The position numbers and the translations under genes are program-made. Under the pieces are notes generated by a model that saw only the letters and a list, made by a program, of their open reading frames with translations, was not told where the DNA came from and made no database searches. Below, piece by piece: positions 1-11,898 of a stretch of DNA of 64,000 nt (position 1 is its first letter; each line of letters opens with the position of its first letter). Where the stretch lies: assembly GCA_030390025.1 (NCBI GenBank), contig CM059432.1, positions 66,900,001-66,964,000 of the forward strand, written 5' to 3'. The stretch comes from Squalus acanthias. Its lineage: Eukaryota.

Positions 1-2335
1 CCCATATTCCTTGATTCCCTTAATATCCAAAAATCTATCGATCTCTGTCTTGAATATACTCAATGACTGAGCCTCCACAGCGCTCTGGGGTAGAGAATTC
101 CAAAGATTCACCACCCTCTGAGTGAAGAAATGTCGTCTGCATCTCAGTCCTAAATGGCCGACCCCTTATTCTGAGACTGTGACCCCTGGTTCTAGACTCC
201 CTAGCCAGGGGAAACATCCTCCCTGCTTCTACCCTGTCAAGCCCTGTAAGAATTTTGTATGTTTCAATGAGCTCACCTCTCATTCTTCTAAACTCTAGAG
301 AATATAGGCCTAGTCTACTCAATCTCTCCTCATAAGACAATCCCCGTATCCCAGGAACCAGTCTGGTGAACCTTTGTTGCACTCCCTCTATGGCAAGTAT
401 ATCCTTCCTTAGATAAGGAGACCAAAACTGTACACAATACTCCAGGTGTGGTCTCACCAGCGCCCTGTATAATTGCAGTAAGACATCTTTACTCTTATAC
501 TCAATCCTCTTGTAATAAAGGCCATCATACCATTTGCTTTCCTAATTGCTTGCTATACCTGCATGTTAACTTTCAGTGATTCGTGTACAAGGACACCCAA
601 GTCTCTCTGAACACCAACATTTCCCAATCACCCACCATTTAAAAAATACTCTGATTTTCTATTTTTCCTACCAAAGTGGATAACTTCACATTTCTCCACA
701 TTATATTCCATTTGCCATGTTCTTGCCCACTCACTTAGCCTGTCTATATCCCCTTGAAGCCTCTTTGCATCCTCCTCACAACTTACATTCCCACCCAGCT
801 TTGTATCATCAGCAAACTTGGATATATTACATTTGGTCCTCTCATCCAAATCATTGATATAGATTGTGAATAGCTGAGGCCCAAGCACTGATCCTTGCGG
901 TACCCCACTAGTTACAGCCTGCCAACCCGAAAATGACCCACATATTCCTACTCTCTGTTTTCTGTCCGTCAACCAATCCTCAATCCATGCTAGTAAATTA
1001 TCCCCAATCCCATGAGCCCTAATTTTGTTTAATAACCTCTTGTGTGGCACCTTATTGAATGCCTTCTAAAAATCCAAATACATCACATCTACTGGTTGCC
1101 CCTTATCTATTCTGCTAGTTACAACCTCAAAAAACTCTAACAGATTTGTCAAACATGATTTCCCTTTCATAAATCCATGTTGACTCTGCCCAATCCTATT
1201 ATTATTTTCTAAGTGCCCTGTTACTACATCCTTAATAATGGATTCTAGCATTTTCCCTACTATTGATGTCAGGCTAACTGGTCTGTAGTTCCCCGTTATC
1301 TCTCTCTCTCATTTCTTAAATAGTGGGATTACATTTGCTGCCTTCCAATCTGTGGGAACCACTCTAGAATCTATGGAATTTTGGAAGATGACAACCAATG
1401 CATCCACTATCTCTATAGCCACCTCTTTCAAAACTCTAGGATTTAGGCCATCAGGTCCAGGGGATTTATCGGCTTTCAGTCCCATTAATTTCTCCAGTAC
1501 TATTTTTTTACTAATACTAATTTCTTTCAGTTCCTCGTTCTCGCTAGGGCCTTGGTTCTCGCGCCTTCTTCCGTGAAGACAGACACAAAGTATTTGTTTA
1601 ATTTCTCTGCCATTTCCTTATTCCCCATTATAATTTATCTTGTCTCAGCCTGTAAGGGACCCACATTTACTTTCGCTAATCTTTTCCTTTTTACATACTT
1701 ATACAGCCTGTTTTTATGTCTCTAGCTAGTTTACTCTCATATTCTATTTTCTCTTTATCAATTTCTTGGTCCTCCTTTGCTAAATTCTAAAATTGTCCCA
1801 ATCCTCAGGCTTACTACTCTTTTTAGCCTCTTCATTTGATCTAGTACTATCTTTAACTTCTCTTGTTAGCCACGGTTGGACCACTTTTCCTGTGGGGTTT
1901 TTGTGCCTTAAGGAATGTATATTTATCGTAAATTATGTATTAATTCTTTAAATGCTAGCCATTGCTTGTCTACCATCATACCTTTTAATGTAGTTTCCCA
2001 ATCTACCTGAGCCAACACGCCACTCATACTTACGTAATTTGGTTTGTTTAGATTCGGATTTAACTAAACCATTTTAGAACTTAATATAAAATTCTATCAT
2101 ATTATGGTCACTCTTCCCTAAAGGCCCCTTTACTGCAAGATTATTAATTAACCCTTTCTCATTGCACAATATTAGATCTAAAATAGCCTGTTCCCTAGTT
2201 GGTTCCTGAACATACTGATCTAGAAAACTATCTTGTATACATTCCATGAATTCGTCCTTCACATTATGACTGCAAATTTGGTTTGCCCAGTCTATATGTA
2301 GATTAAAGTCCCCCATGATCACTATATTACCCTGT
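1..2335 (-). mobile_element. CR1 LINE, 5'-truncated, degenerate ORF2 (EN C-terminus + RT); continues past window start
   Basis: ORF fragments IMGDFNLHIDW..EPTREQAILDLIL..SDH, QHGFMKGKSCLTNL, GVPQGSVLGPQLF..KFADDTK, RPHLEYCVQFWSP; several stops/frameshifts. Confidence 0.95.
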
Positions 2336-3988
2336 ATCAATGCCAGGAGTTTTGCTTCAAGAACATGGACACAGTGCAGGAAGAAATTTAATGATCTCAC
2401 ACAACTTGTTAAGGTGAGTGAGTTCTTATTCAAATGGCATATCCTACCAACTGCACCACTAGCCTCATCCACTGCTCAATTCACTACACCCCCATCACGC
2501 ACCTATCAACAATCTCTGTCAATCAGTACTCAATGCTAAAACACATATGCTGTATCTCACCCTCACACACTTAGCACTGTTGTAAGCCTCGCACCCACAA
2601 CTCAAACACACACTGGCAGCTATTCAACCATGACAGCCACATCACCTAAACATATCACACGACACCACTGACACACTTTCTTCTTTCTTGCAGGAGAAGG
2701 TTGTGCATAACAGCAGGCAGCACCAAAGAACTGGAGGAAGACAAATGTGCCTGTATGTTTTAACCGCCATGGAGGATACAGTGCTGGCCATCATGGGAAG
2801 GGGCATCACTGAGGCCATAGCCACTAGTGGGACTGAAGCGATCGATGATGAGGGTATCTGCATACCTAATCCTCCTTCTCTCATCCCATTTCTCCCTCAC
2901 CCCTCAATCTCTTCTGACTGAGAAGCTGCTGCTGGTGTAAGCACGCACTTCTTACTTTCTCCTCTCCCCTCACCACAACCCAACCCTTGTCCCTTTTTCA
3001 TTTCAGATACCCAAGAACTAGAACCTTCCCAGTCAGTGCAGAAAGACGATGAAGACAGTGAAGAGAAAGAAATATCATCACTCGATTTTACTCTTGCAGC
3101 CACCTGCTCAGATACTGAGATGGCGCATAATTTAGAGGCTTGGATAGAGGAGGGATCTACATGTGGTGAGACAACAGGCACAAGTACGCAGAAGCCAGGG
3201 CAGGGGAAAGGATGGCACAGGTGCCAGCTCACCAGAGGGCGAAGTCACACACAAGTTCTGCTGTAGAGGACTCAGATGAGGACTTCGATGGGGCAGGCTA
3301 CAGAAGAACGCTTGGTGTATTGGCAGGCTTGCCAGAAAACCTGCGGTCAATGTCAAGGAGCATAGAGGTGTCCAGCATCAACTTGGCACAGGGCTTTGCG
3401 CAGAGCTTAGAACCCATCCTTTCCAGTGTGGAATGGGTGGTCACCTCCATCAGTGCACCTGTAGAACCCACCATGCTGCAGCATCTGATGGCCAATGTCT
3501 CAGCTTCCATTGCAGCACAAACAGCTTCCATCAAAGGATTGAGTGCTGCAATGGAAGCTCAGACTGCTGCCTTGCAAGCTCAGACTGCTGCCATCATGGC
3601 TCTGGCTACCACTGTTCAAAGGAGCTTCCAGGGCGACACAGCAGTCCATCAATCTGTTCTCCAGCAGATCAGTAGGATTGCTGAGGCGCCGCCCAGGGAG
3701 AGTGGCAGTGGCTCCATGGAGCACGAACCTGTTGTCCTCTCTCAGGATGACAGGATTCCAGCTCCCACCCCTGTCACTCCGCCAGTGCCCTTGCTGTTGC
3801 CTGTCAGCCAGCCAGCCCAGGCCAAAATGGTGCAGTCTGAAGCTGGCCCTTCTAGGCCCAGAGCTGCTCAAGGTCGCCTTCCAAAGCCATCTCCAGTCTC
3901 CTCAATTTCACCACCCTGGCTGCAGCCACTGGGGAAGGACCTCATAGGAGCAGTGGGGGAGGTAATGGCACACGAAGACAGGCACTAA
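2336..3988 (+). pseudogene. Harbinger copy A Myb/SANT-like gene (partial exon 1 to 2413, exon 2 2694-2853, exon 3 from 3007), frameshifted
   Basis: RTWTQCRKKFNDLTQLVK|gtgagt; ttcttgcag|EKVVHNSRQHQRTGG; tttcag acceptor at 3006; C-terminal AQTAA coiled-coil-like and AGPSRPR region; frameshift near 3215. Confidence 0.85.
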
Positions 3989-4194
3989 GGGAATGCATAA
4001 GAATGATTAGTTTATTTTTGTATGCATTATGTAATGATTGAATTTATAAATTTGGATTGCAATGTGCATTTTCTGGTGATTTTTATTTCTGTGTTGTTGG
4101 AAAGAGGACGATGTAATGGTGGTAGAGGAAAGGTAAGGAGGGTGGTACTGTTGGTGAATGGGGAGGTGTGGTTGAGGTTACTGGTTTCGCTCAT

Positions 4195-4680
4195 TAATTT
4201 TTTGATCACGTAGAGCCTGGGCAGAAAGGGACTTTTTACGTTGTATCCTCCCTTCCTCTTCCAGTTCCTCCACTTGCTGTTGCACTTCCTCCTCTTCCTC
4301 ATGTTCTTGCTGCTCAGCTTCTTGCCTGATAGGTGGTGGCAATGGCTATTCCGACATAATGGTGAGGTTGTGCAGCATGCAGCATTCTACTAAAAATCTT
4401 GATACCTGCTCATCTGAGTACTGCAGGGGTCCTCCAGAGCAGTCCAGGCAGCGGAAGCGTTGCATGCAGATGCCGTTGGTGTGCTCTATAATGTTCCTTG
4501 TGACAGCATGGCTCTCATTGTAGGCCTGCTGTGCACATGTGCATGGCTTCCAGACCGGAGTCATGAGCCACGTCATGAATGGATAACCCTTGTCGCCCAG
4601 CAGCCACCCTTTGACTTGCTATGGTGGGTCAAATATAGGTGGCACAGAGGACTGTCACAGAATGGAGGAATCGTGACTAC
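4195..4680 (-). pseudogene. Harbinger copy A transposase, C-terminal remnant
   Basis: [41 protein letters not shown] motifs of HARBI1-type transposases. Confidence 0.9.
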
Positions 4681-5282
4681 AACCATTTTCAACCTTTAGG
4701 AGGCCGCTACAGAGCCCAATTTCACCGCCCCCCAGCTATACTTTGTACAAGGCTCCCTCTAGTCCTTGAGTACCAATATCCGCAGACTAGAAATTTGGTT
4801 GCGTAGTGCCTGTTGTTTGAGCGCTACAGATGCCAAATTGGGTCCAAAACGGTATCATAGCAGCACGCACACTTCTGGTGCGGGCCACACTGGACGCCAT
4901 CTTGGTGAGGGTGGTAGGGCAACCGTTAGGAGCACGCGCTGGAAGTATGGTAATTCGCAGATCGTGACATCAATCAGTGTGTAACACTGATTTGAGACCA
5001 GAGCTGCTATTTTCGTCATCAACACTGGAACTAACGCTCTGTGTTAACTTCACACAGCGTTCAGCAGCAGGAATAACCTTCCACCAGTGCTATTTAAAGG
5101 GATCATCGCCAACTTTCAGGTAACTTGCTTTTTGATTTCTACTGGCTCTGTGTAGGTTTGTGGAACTGTTGGAGCTTTCTAGAGTTGTTTAAAGTTGGTG
5201 AGGTGACAGGGAGTGGTGCTGCAAGTGGAGAAGGCCTTGCTTCTGATTTCAAGGGTTCTGGTCAGACCACTTGCTCCCAGTC

Positions 5283-6443
5283 ATGGGTGCTCTAGTTGTC
5301 ATCCCCCTTGGCCTGCAGCATGACAGGGAGATGGAGCAGAGGCAGTGAAGAAGAGGACAAGCTGCTCACAGAGGGAGGAGGAGGAGGGGGAGAAGGGCTC
5401 TCAGCAAGAGGCCTTACCCACCTAGGGTCTTCCGAGAGCAATTCTCTTATCTCAACCTGAGCCAAGAGCAGTGTGTGAGTCATCTGCACTTTACGAAGGA
5501 GGTGCTCACAGAAGTCTGCCACCTCTTGCAACCAGGGCAAGGACAGCGCTGCCAGTGGCTGTGAATGTGACCATGGCCCTGAATTTCTTTGTGTCGGGAT
5601 CCTTCCAGGCTGGAGCCGGCTACATCTATAACATCTCAGTTTGGCATCATGTCTGGATGAGAGATGTGACAGATGCTCTTTATGCCAGGAGACGGAACTT
5701 CATTGTGTTCTCTCTGACCATAGAGAAGTAGACGGCGCGTGCCCGTGACTTTGCCAGGACAGCGGTTTTCCCCATGGCGCAGGGCACCATTGACTACACT
5801 CATGTGGCTTTGCAGGCTGAGATGTGCTGCAACCACAAAGGCAAAGGTTACCACTTGCTGAATATGCAGTTGGTGTGCGACCATGCTCAGCACATCATGA
5901 TGGTGAATGCCCAGTATCCTGGCAGCAGCCATGATGCTTTTATTCTGAGCCAGTCCGCTGTTCCCTCAGTCTTTGAGCCACCAAGACAAACCAGAGGGTG
6001 GCTACTGGGTGACAAAGGCTATCCCTTGACCACCTGGCTCATGACTCTGCTCTGCAACCCAACCACATGTGGCCAGCATGCATACAAGAGCCATGCTGCC
6101 ACATGAAACATCATAGAGCAGACCATTGGGGTGCTGAAGCAACGGTTCCACTGCCTGGGGAAGTGCTACAGTACTCATCGGAGAGGGTGTCCCGATTCTG
6201 CTGTATCCTCCAAAACCTGGCCATCATGAGAGCACAGCCCTTGCCACCAGGGATACAGCCACCAGTTCAGGAGCAGGAGGAGGAGGAGGAGGAAGCGGAA
6301 TAGGAGGAAGTGGAGGAGGAGGAAAAGGAGGAAACAGAAGAGGAAGAAGCGGAAGAGGAGCAGAGGGAAGCAGAGAGAAGGAGACAACCCTGACAGCTCC
6401 TTTCTGGTCGGGATGTTCAGATTGAATCATCCTCCTGCAGTAG
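5283..6443 (+). pseudogene. Harbinger copy B transposase, multiple frameshifts
   Basis: ALNFFVSGSFQ, QGTIDYTHVAL, PGSSHDAFIL, GWLLGDKGYPL; poly-Glu tail encoded by a GAG-rich tract at ~6270-6380. Confidence 0.92.
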
Positions 6444-9400
6444 GAGTGAACGCAATCCCAATTCCCCATTCAACGATAGTCCCACACCCTCCCTTCCCTC
6501 TTTTACTGACCATCACAGCGTCCTCTTTGCCACAATGCTGAAATAAATACCACCACAAAGCAAACATTCTAATCCAACTTTATACATATATCCATCCAAT
6601 ACTACTTCAAAAAAATCAACTAATCACCTTTGTGCATTCCCTTAGTGACTGCCCTGCATGTGCATTTGCCTGTCCTAGTGCTCCTATGCAGTGCAAGCAT
6701 GGCTGGTGGAAGGCTGCTGACTTTCAGTGGGGGGACACAGCAGGTGGCCTTACAGGGCGACCTCGAGGAGCTCTGGGCCCAGTAGGCCTGACTTCGGACT
6801 GCACCACCTTAGCATGGGTGGCAGCAGTCTGGGCTGGCTGGCTGACAAGTGCACTGGTGGAGTGGCAGTGGTGGAAGGACAAATGCTGTCATCCTGAGAG
6901 AGGACAGCAAGCTCGGCCTCCACAGATCCGTTGCCACATCCCCAGGGCAGCACCTCAGCAATCCTCATAATTCAATGGAGTACAGACTGCTGTAACACCC
7001 TGCAAGCCCCTTTCAAACCTGGTAAATCCAGCCATGATGGCAGCAGTCTGTGCTTGCGTGGCAACAACCTGAGCTTGCATGACTTCAGTCTGAGCTTCCA
7101 TTGCAACACTCAGACATTGGGTGGCTTCTGCTTGTACTCCTCTTCTCTTCTTAGGCAGTCCCTCGGAACCGAGGATGACTTGCTTCCACACTAAAAATGA
7201 GTTCTCATGTGACTGATGAGTCCAATGCGGGACCTACAGTCTCTGTCACAGGTGGGGCAGACGGTGGTTGAAGGGGCGGGTGGGTGGGGTGCTTGGGTTG
7301 ACGTGCGCTCCTTGTGCTGCTTGCACTTGGCTTCCGCTTGCTCCCGACGAAGAGACTCGAGGTGTTCGGCGCCTTCCCAGATGCTTCTCCTCCATTTTGT
7401 GCGGTCTTGGGCCAGGGATTCCCAGGTGTCGGTGGGGATGTTGCACTTTTTCAAGGAGGCTTTGAGGGTGTCCTTGAAGCGTTTCCTCTGCCCACCTGGG
7501 GCCCTCTTACCGTGTCGGAGCTCCAAGAAGAGCGCTTGCTTTGGGAGTCTCGTATCGGGCATGCGGACGATGTAGCCCATCCATCGGAGCTGATCAAGCA
7601 TGGTCAAAGCTTCGATGCTGGGGATGTTGGCCTGAGCGAGAACACTGACGTTGGTGCACCTATCCTGCCAATGGATTTGCAGGATCTTGCGGAGGCAGCA
7701 TTGGTGGTACCTCTCCAGTGCTTTGAGATGCCTGCTGTACATGGTCCATGTCTCTGAAGCATAAAGGAGGACGGGTATCACTACTGCTCTGTAGACCATG
7801 AGCTTGGTACTGGGTTTGAGGTCCTGGTCTTCAACCACTCTCTTTCTCAGGCAACCAAAGGCTGCACTGGCACACTGAAGGCGGTGTTGGACTTCGTCTT
7901 CGATGTCTGCCCTTGTTGACAGTAGGCTCCCGAGGTATGGAAAGTGGTCCACGTTGTCCAAGGCCTCGTCATGTATTTTGATAATCAGGGAGCAGTATTG
8001 TGTGGTGGGGGTAGGTTGGTAGAGGACTTTCGTCTTACGGATGTTTCGTGTAAGGCCCATGCTCTCATACGCTTCGGTGAAGGTATTGACGATGGTTTGG
8101 AGTTCGACCGCAGAGTGTTCGCAGACGCAAGCGTCATTTGCATACTGTAATTCGATGACAGAGGATGGGACGACCTTGGATCTGGACTGGAGGCGATGGA
8201 CGTTGAACAGTTACCCGTTTGTTCTGTAAAGTAGCTGCATTCCAGCGGGAAGCTTACTGAGGGTGAGATGCAGCATTGCAGCCAGGAAGATTGAGAAGAG
8301 CGTTGGCACAATGACACAGCCTTGCTTGACCCCGGTCCGTATGTGAATTGGGTCTGTGGTGGATCCATTGGTCAGGATCACAGCTTGCATATCATCGTGA
8401 AGTCGTCAGAGGATGATGACAAACTTTTGAGGGCAGCCGAATTTGAGGAGGACACTCCATAATCCCTCACGGTTGACAGTGTTGAAGGCCTTTGTGAGGT
8501 CAAAGAAGGCCATGTACAGCGGTTGGTGCTGTTCCCTGCATTTCTCTTGTAGTTGACGCGTGGTGAAGATCATGTCCATTGTGCCCCTTAGTGGGCAGAA
8601 TCCGCATTGCGACTCTGGGAAGAGCTCTTCAGCCACCGGGAGAAGGCGATTGAGGAGGATTCTTGTAATGACTTTGCCTGTGGCAGACAGCAGGGAGACT
8701 CCTCTGTAAGTACCACAATCGGACTTGTCACCTTTCTTGAAGATGGTCACGATTATGGTATCTCTGAGATCCCCTGGCATACTCTCCTCCTTCCAAATAA
8801 GAGAAATGAGTTCATGTATTCGCGCCAATAGTGCTTCTCCGCCATGTTTTAGTGCCTCGGCAGCGATTCCATCTGCTCCTGAGGCCTTGTTGTTCTTCAG
8901 TTGTCGGATGGCCTTTTCAACCTCATGCCGGGTTGGGGTTGTGCTGAGGTAGTGGCGGGTAGCATGCTGCAGGATGGAGTTGAGGACACTCGCGTCGAAA
9001 ACAGAGTCTCGGTTAAGGAGATCTTCGAAGTGCTCCTTCCAGCGGGCACTGACTGCCTCTCTGTCCTTGATGAGTACCTCTCCGTTCTTGGCCCGCAGTG
9101 GGGTAGGACCTTGGTTGCTTGGGCCATAGGTGGTCTCGACTGCGCTAAAGAATCCACGCATGTTGTGGTTGTCGGCTAGCTGCTGGATCTCCTGCACTTT
9201 CTCCACCCACCATCTGTTCTTTAGGTCGCAAGTTTTTGTTGGACCTCGGCCTTCAGGCGTCTGTAGAGCTGCTTTCTTGCTCTCGAGTTCTGTTGCTGTT
9301 TCCAGATCAGGAATGCCTTGCGCTTGCGGCTTATTAGCTCCTGGATCTCTTGGTCGTTCTCGTCGAACCAGTCTTGGTGTTTCCTGGTCGAGTGACCGAG

Positions 9401-9462
9401 CGTCTCTTCACAGGTGCTGATTATGGAGGCCTTGAGTGCAGACCAGGCGCTGTGGACACTCT

Positions 9463-10291
9463 GGGCTGGATTTTCAATGACCCGTGGAGTCGGGTTTGGA
9501 GGCGTGTGGGGGTTAAAGTTGCGGGGTCGGGGGTCCCGACCCCATCCCGACTCCATTCCGCCTCCACGCAATTTTGACAAAATCGGTCACGGAGTTCCCG
9601 ACTCTGTCCCGCCTCCAAGAGGCGGGAGAGGCCATTAAAGCCCTTAACAAGCCCTAAATTGGCTCTGTAATGCCATTTTGAAATGTTTCAGCTAGTTTAA
9701 CCCTTTTCCGACGTGAAGTACGCCTGATGTGAAACACTCCAGTGAAACCTGGCGGGAGCACAAGTGGATAGCTGACTATCAGCTGCAGGTCCACTATTAC
9801 AATGGAGATGTGATGAAGGTAGTAGCAGTATTAGGTCTGAAAGTCACCTCTGATGCTGCTGCATTGAATGTCTTCAGAGACTGCCTGGCCTTGCTGTGAG
9901 AGGACCTGGATGGAAAAAAAAATCTCTCTCTCTCTCTGCTGCTCATTTTGCATCCATGGCCACTCACAGCAAAAGTCAGGCAGGTCCACTCACAGCAAAA
10001 GTCAGGCAGGTCCACTCACAGCAAAAGTCAGGCAGGTCCACTCACAGCAAAGGCCAAGCAGTTTCTGAGACCAGGCGCTCAGTCTCTGACCTGCAATGAT
10101 GACATCATCAGAGGCGACTTTCAGACTGAAACCACTAATTGGTTCATGGGTTCCCACATGCTGGAACTCAATTGCCCAATTAAGTTAAAATTGCATCATT
10201 CATCCCCATTACTCTGGAGTCGGGGGGGGGGGGGGGAACAGGAAATGCGGGTAACACGACCCCATCCCGACCCCAAGACAAAATCCAGCCC
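9463..10291. mobile_element. Non-autonomous Harbinger-type element (MITE) inside the RTE ORF
   Basis: Perfect TIR GGGCTGGATTTT / AAAATCCAGCCC; RTE reading frame resumes on both sides. Confidence 0.85.
9961..10051. repeat. 26-bp tandem repeat x3.5 (CACTCACAGCAAAAGTCAGGCAGGTC)
   Basis: Read directly. Confidence 0.95.
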
Positions 10292-11486
10292 AGAGGGTCT
10301 CTGAATCACTGGGAGTTGTCAGGTTGGTTGTGAGGCGCAGGCTGAATAGGGCTTTCTTTGCAAGGTCTTTGAGTGCTCCAGCGTTGATTTTCCTATGGCA
10401 TTGCTTCTGTTTCCGCCGTTGTTTTGGGGCTACGTTAATGGAGATGACAGAGTGGATTAGGCGGTGGTCTGTCCAGCAGTTGTCAGCTCCTGTCATGGCG
10501 CGGGTGATGCGGACGTCCTTGCGGTCCCTCGCTCGGACGATGACGTAGTCCAGCAGATGCCAGTGCTTGGAGCGAGGGTGTTACCATGAAGCCTTGTACT
10601 TGTCTCTCTGACGGAACAAGGTGTTGGTTATGACAAGGCCATATTCTAAGCATTTTGTCAGGAGGAGGGTACCGTTGGAGTTGGCTTTCCCTACCCCCTC
10701 TCCGCCGATCACACCTCCCCAGAGGTCTGTGTCCTTTCCAACTCTGGTGTTAAAGTCGCCAAGGAGGATCAGCTTGTCACCCGCTGGGACTCGGGACAGG
10801 GATTGTTCGAGGCTGGAGTAGAATTCCTCTTTGGTCACGTCTGTGGCTTCCAGTGTTGGAGTGTACGCATTGATGACCGTAGCGCACTGGTTCCAGGCTA
10901 AGTTGAGCCGTAGAGTCATGAGGCATTCGTTTATTCCACAAGGGGAGTCTCTGAGACGTTCAACTAGCTCACTTTTTATGGCGAAGCCTACCCCATGGAG
11001 GCGGCATCCTTCTTCAGGTTTGCCTTTCCAGAAGAAGGTGTAACCACTGTCTTGCTCCTTGAGCTGGCCTTCCCCTGCCCGCCGCGTCTCGCTTAGGGCA
11101 GTGGTGTCTATGTCGAAATGTCTGAGCTCTCGGGCAACGATAGCAGTTCGGCGTTCCGGTCTGTCGCTATTGGGGTTGTCCATGAGGGTCCTGATTTTCC
11201 AGGTCCAGAACTTCATTTTAAAGGGTGGAAGATGCCTGTGCGTGAATTCTTTTAATGTGGGGTGGCCGTTGCACACCAGCCACCACACTGGCTTGACAGA
11301 GCAAGGTCTTGGACCAATGGCAAGGGGATCCAAGATGATTGGAGACAAGGCTCTGCTACATCAACCTAGCACACACACACACATACTCCTACTGTCCTCC
11401 TCCCTCCTTCCCGCAGGTCCTCTCTGCCTGGGTTTCATAGGCTGCAGTGTGGTCCTCCCGACTCCGCTGCTGGTCCACGCTGCACC

Positions 11487-11898
11487 ACTCCTGGGCCCCA
11501 TCCTCGCTCCTGGGTCCCGACCTCGTTCCTGGGCCTCGAGCTTGCTCCTGGGTCCCATCCTCGCTCCTGGGTCCCGACCTCGCTCCTGGGCCTCGTCCTC
11601 GCTTCTGGGCCCTGTCCTCGCCCCTAGGCCTCGTCCTTGCTCCTGGGTCCCGACCTCACTCCTGGGCCTCGACCTCGCTCCTGGGTCCCGTCCTCGCTCC
11701 TGGGTCCCGACCTCGCTCCTGGGCCTCATTCTTGCTCCTGGGTCCCGACCTCACTCCTGGGCCTCGACCTCGCTCCTGGTCCCGTCCTCGCTCCTGGGTC
11801 CCGACCTCGCTCCTGGGCCACATCCTTGCTCCTGGGTCCCGACCTCGCTCCTGGGTCCCGTCCTCACTCTTGGTCCTCGTCCTCGCTCCTGGGTCCCG
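11487..11898. repeat. 19-bp minisatellite (~21 units, consensus CCTCGCTCCTGGGTCCCGA) forming the 5' end of the RTE
   Basis: Read directly; abuts the RTE TSD. Confidence 0.93.

Larger units (their letters stand above)
7139..11898 (-). mobile_element. RTE-clade LINE, apparently full length (AP-endonuclease + RT + C-terminal C2H2-like finger), disrupted ORF 11216-7191
   Basis: 12-bp TSD TCTGCTTGTACT at 7127-7138 and 11899-11910; MKFWTW..RPERRTAIVAREL, LGDFN, ESQCGF, CPTCDRDCRSRIGLISHMRTH; 3' hairpin and AAG-rich tail. Confidence 0.95.
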
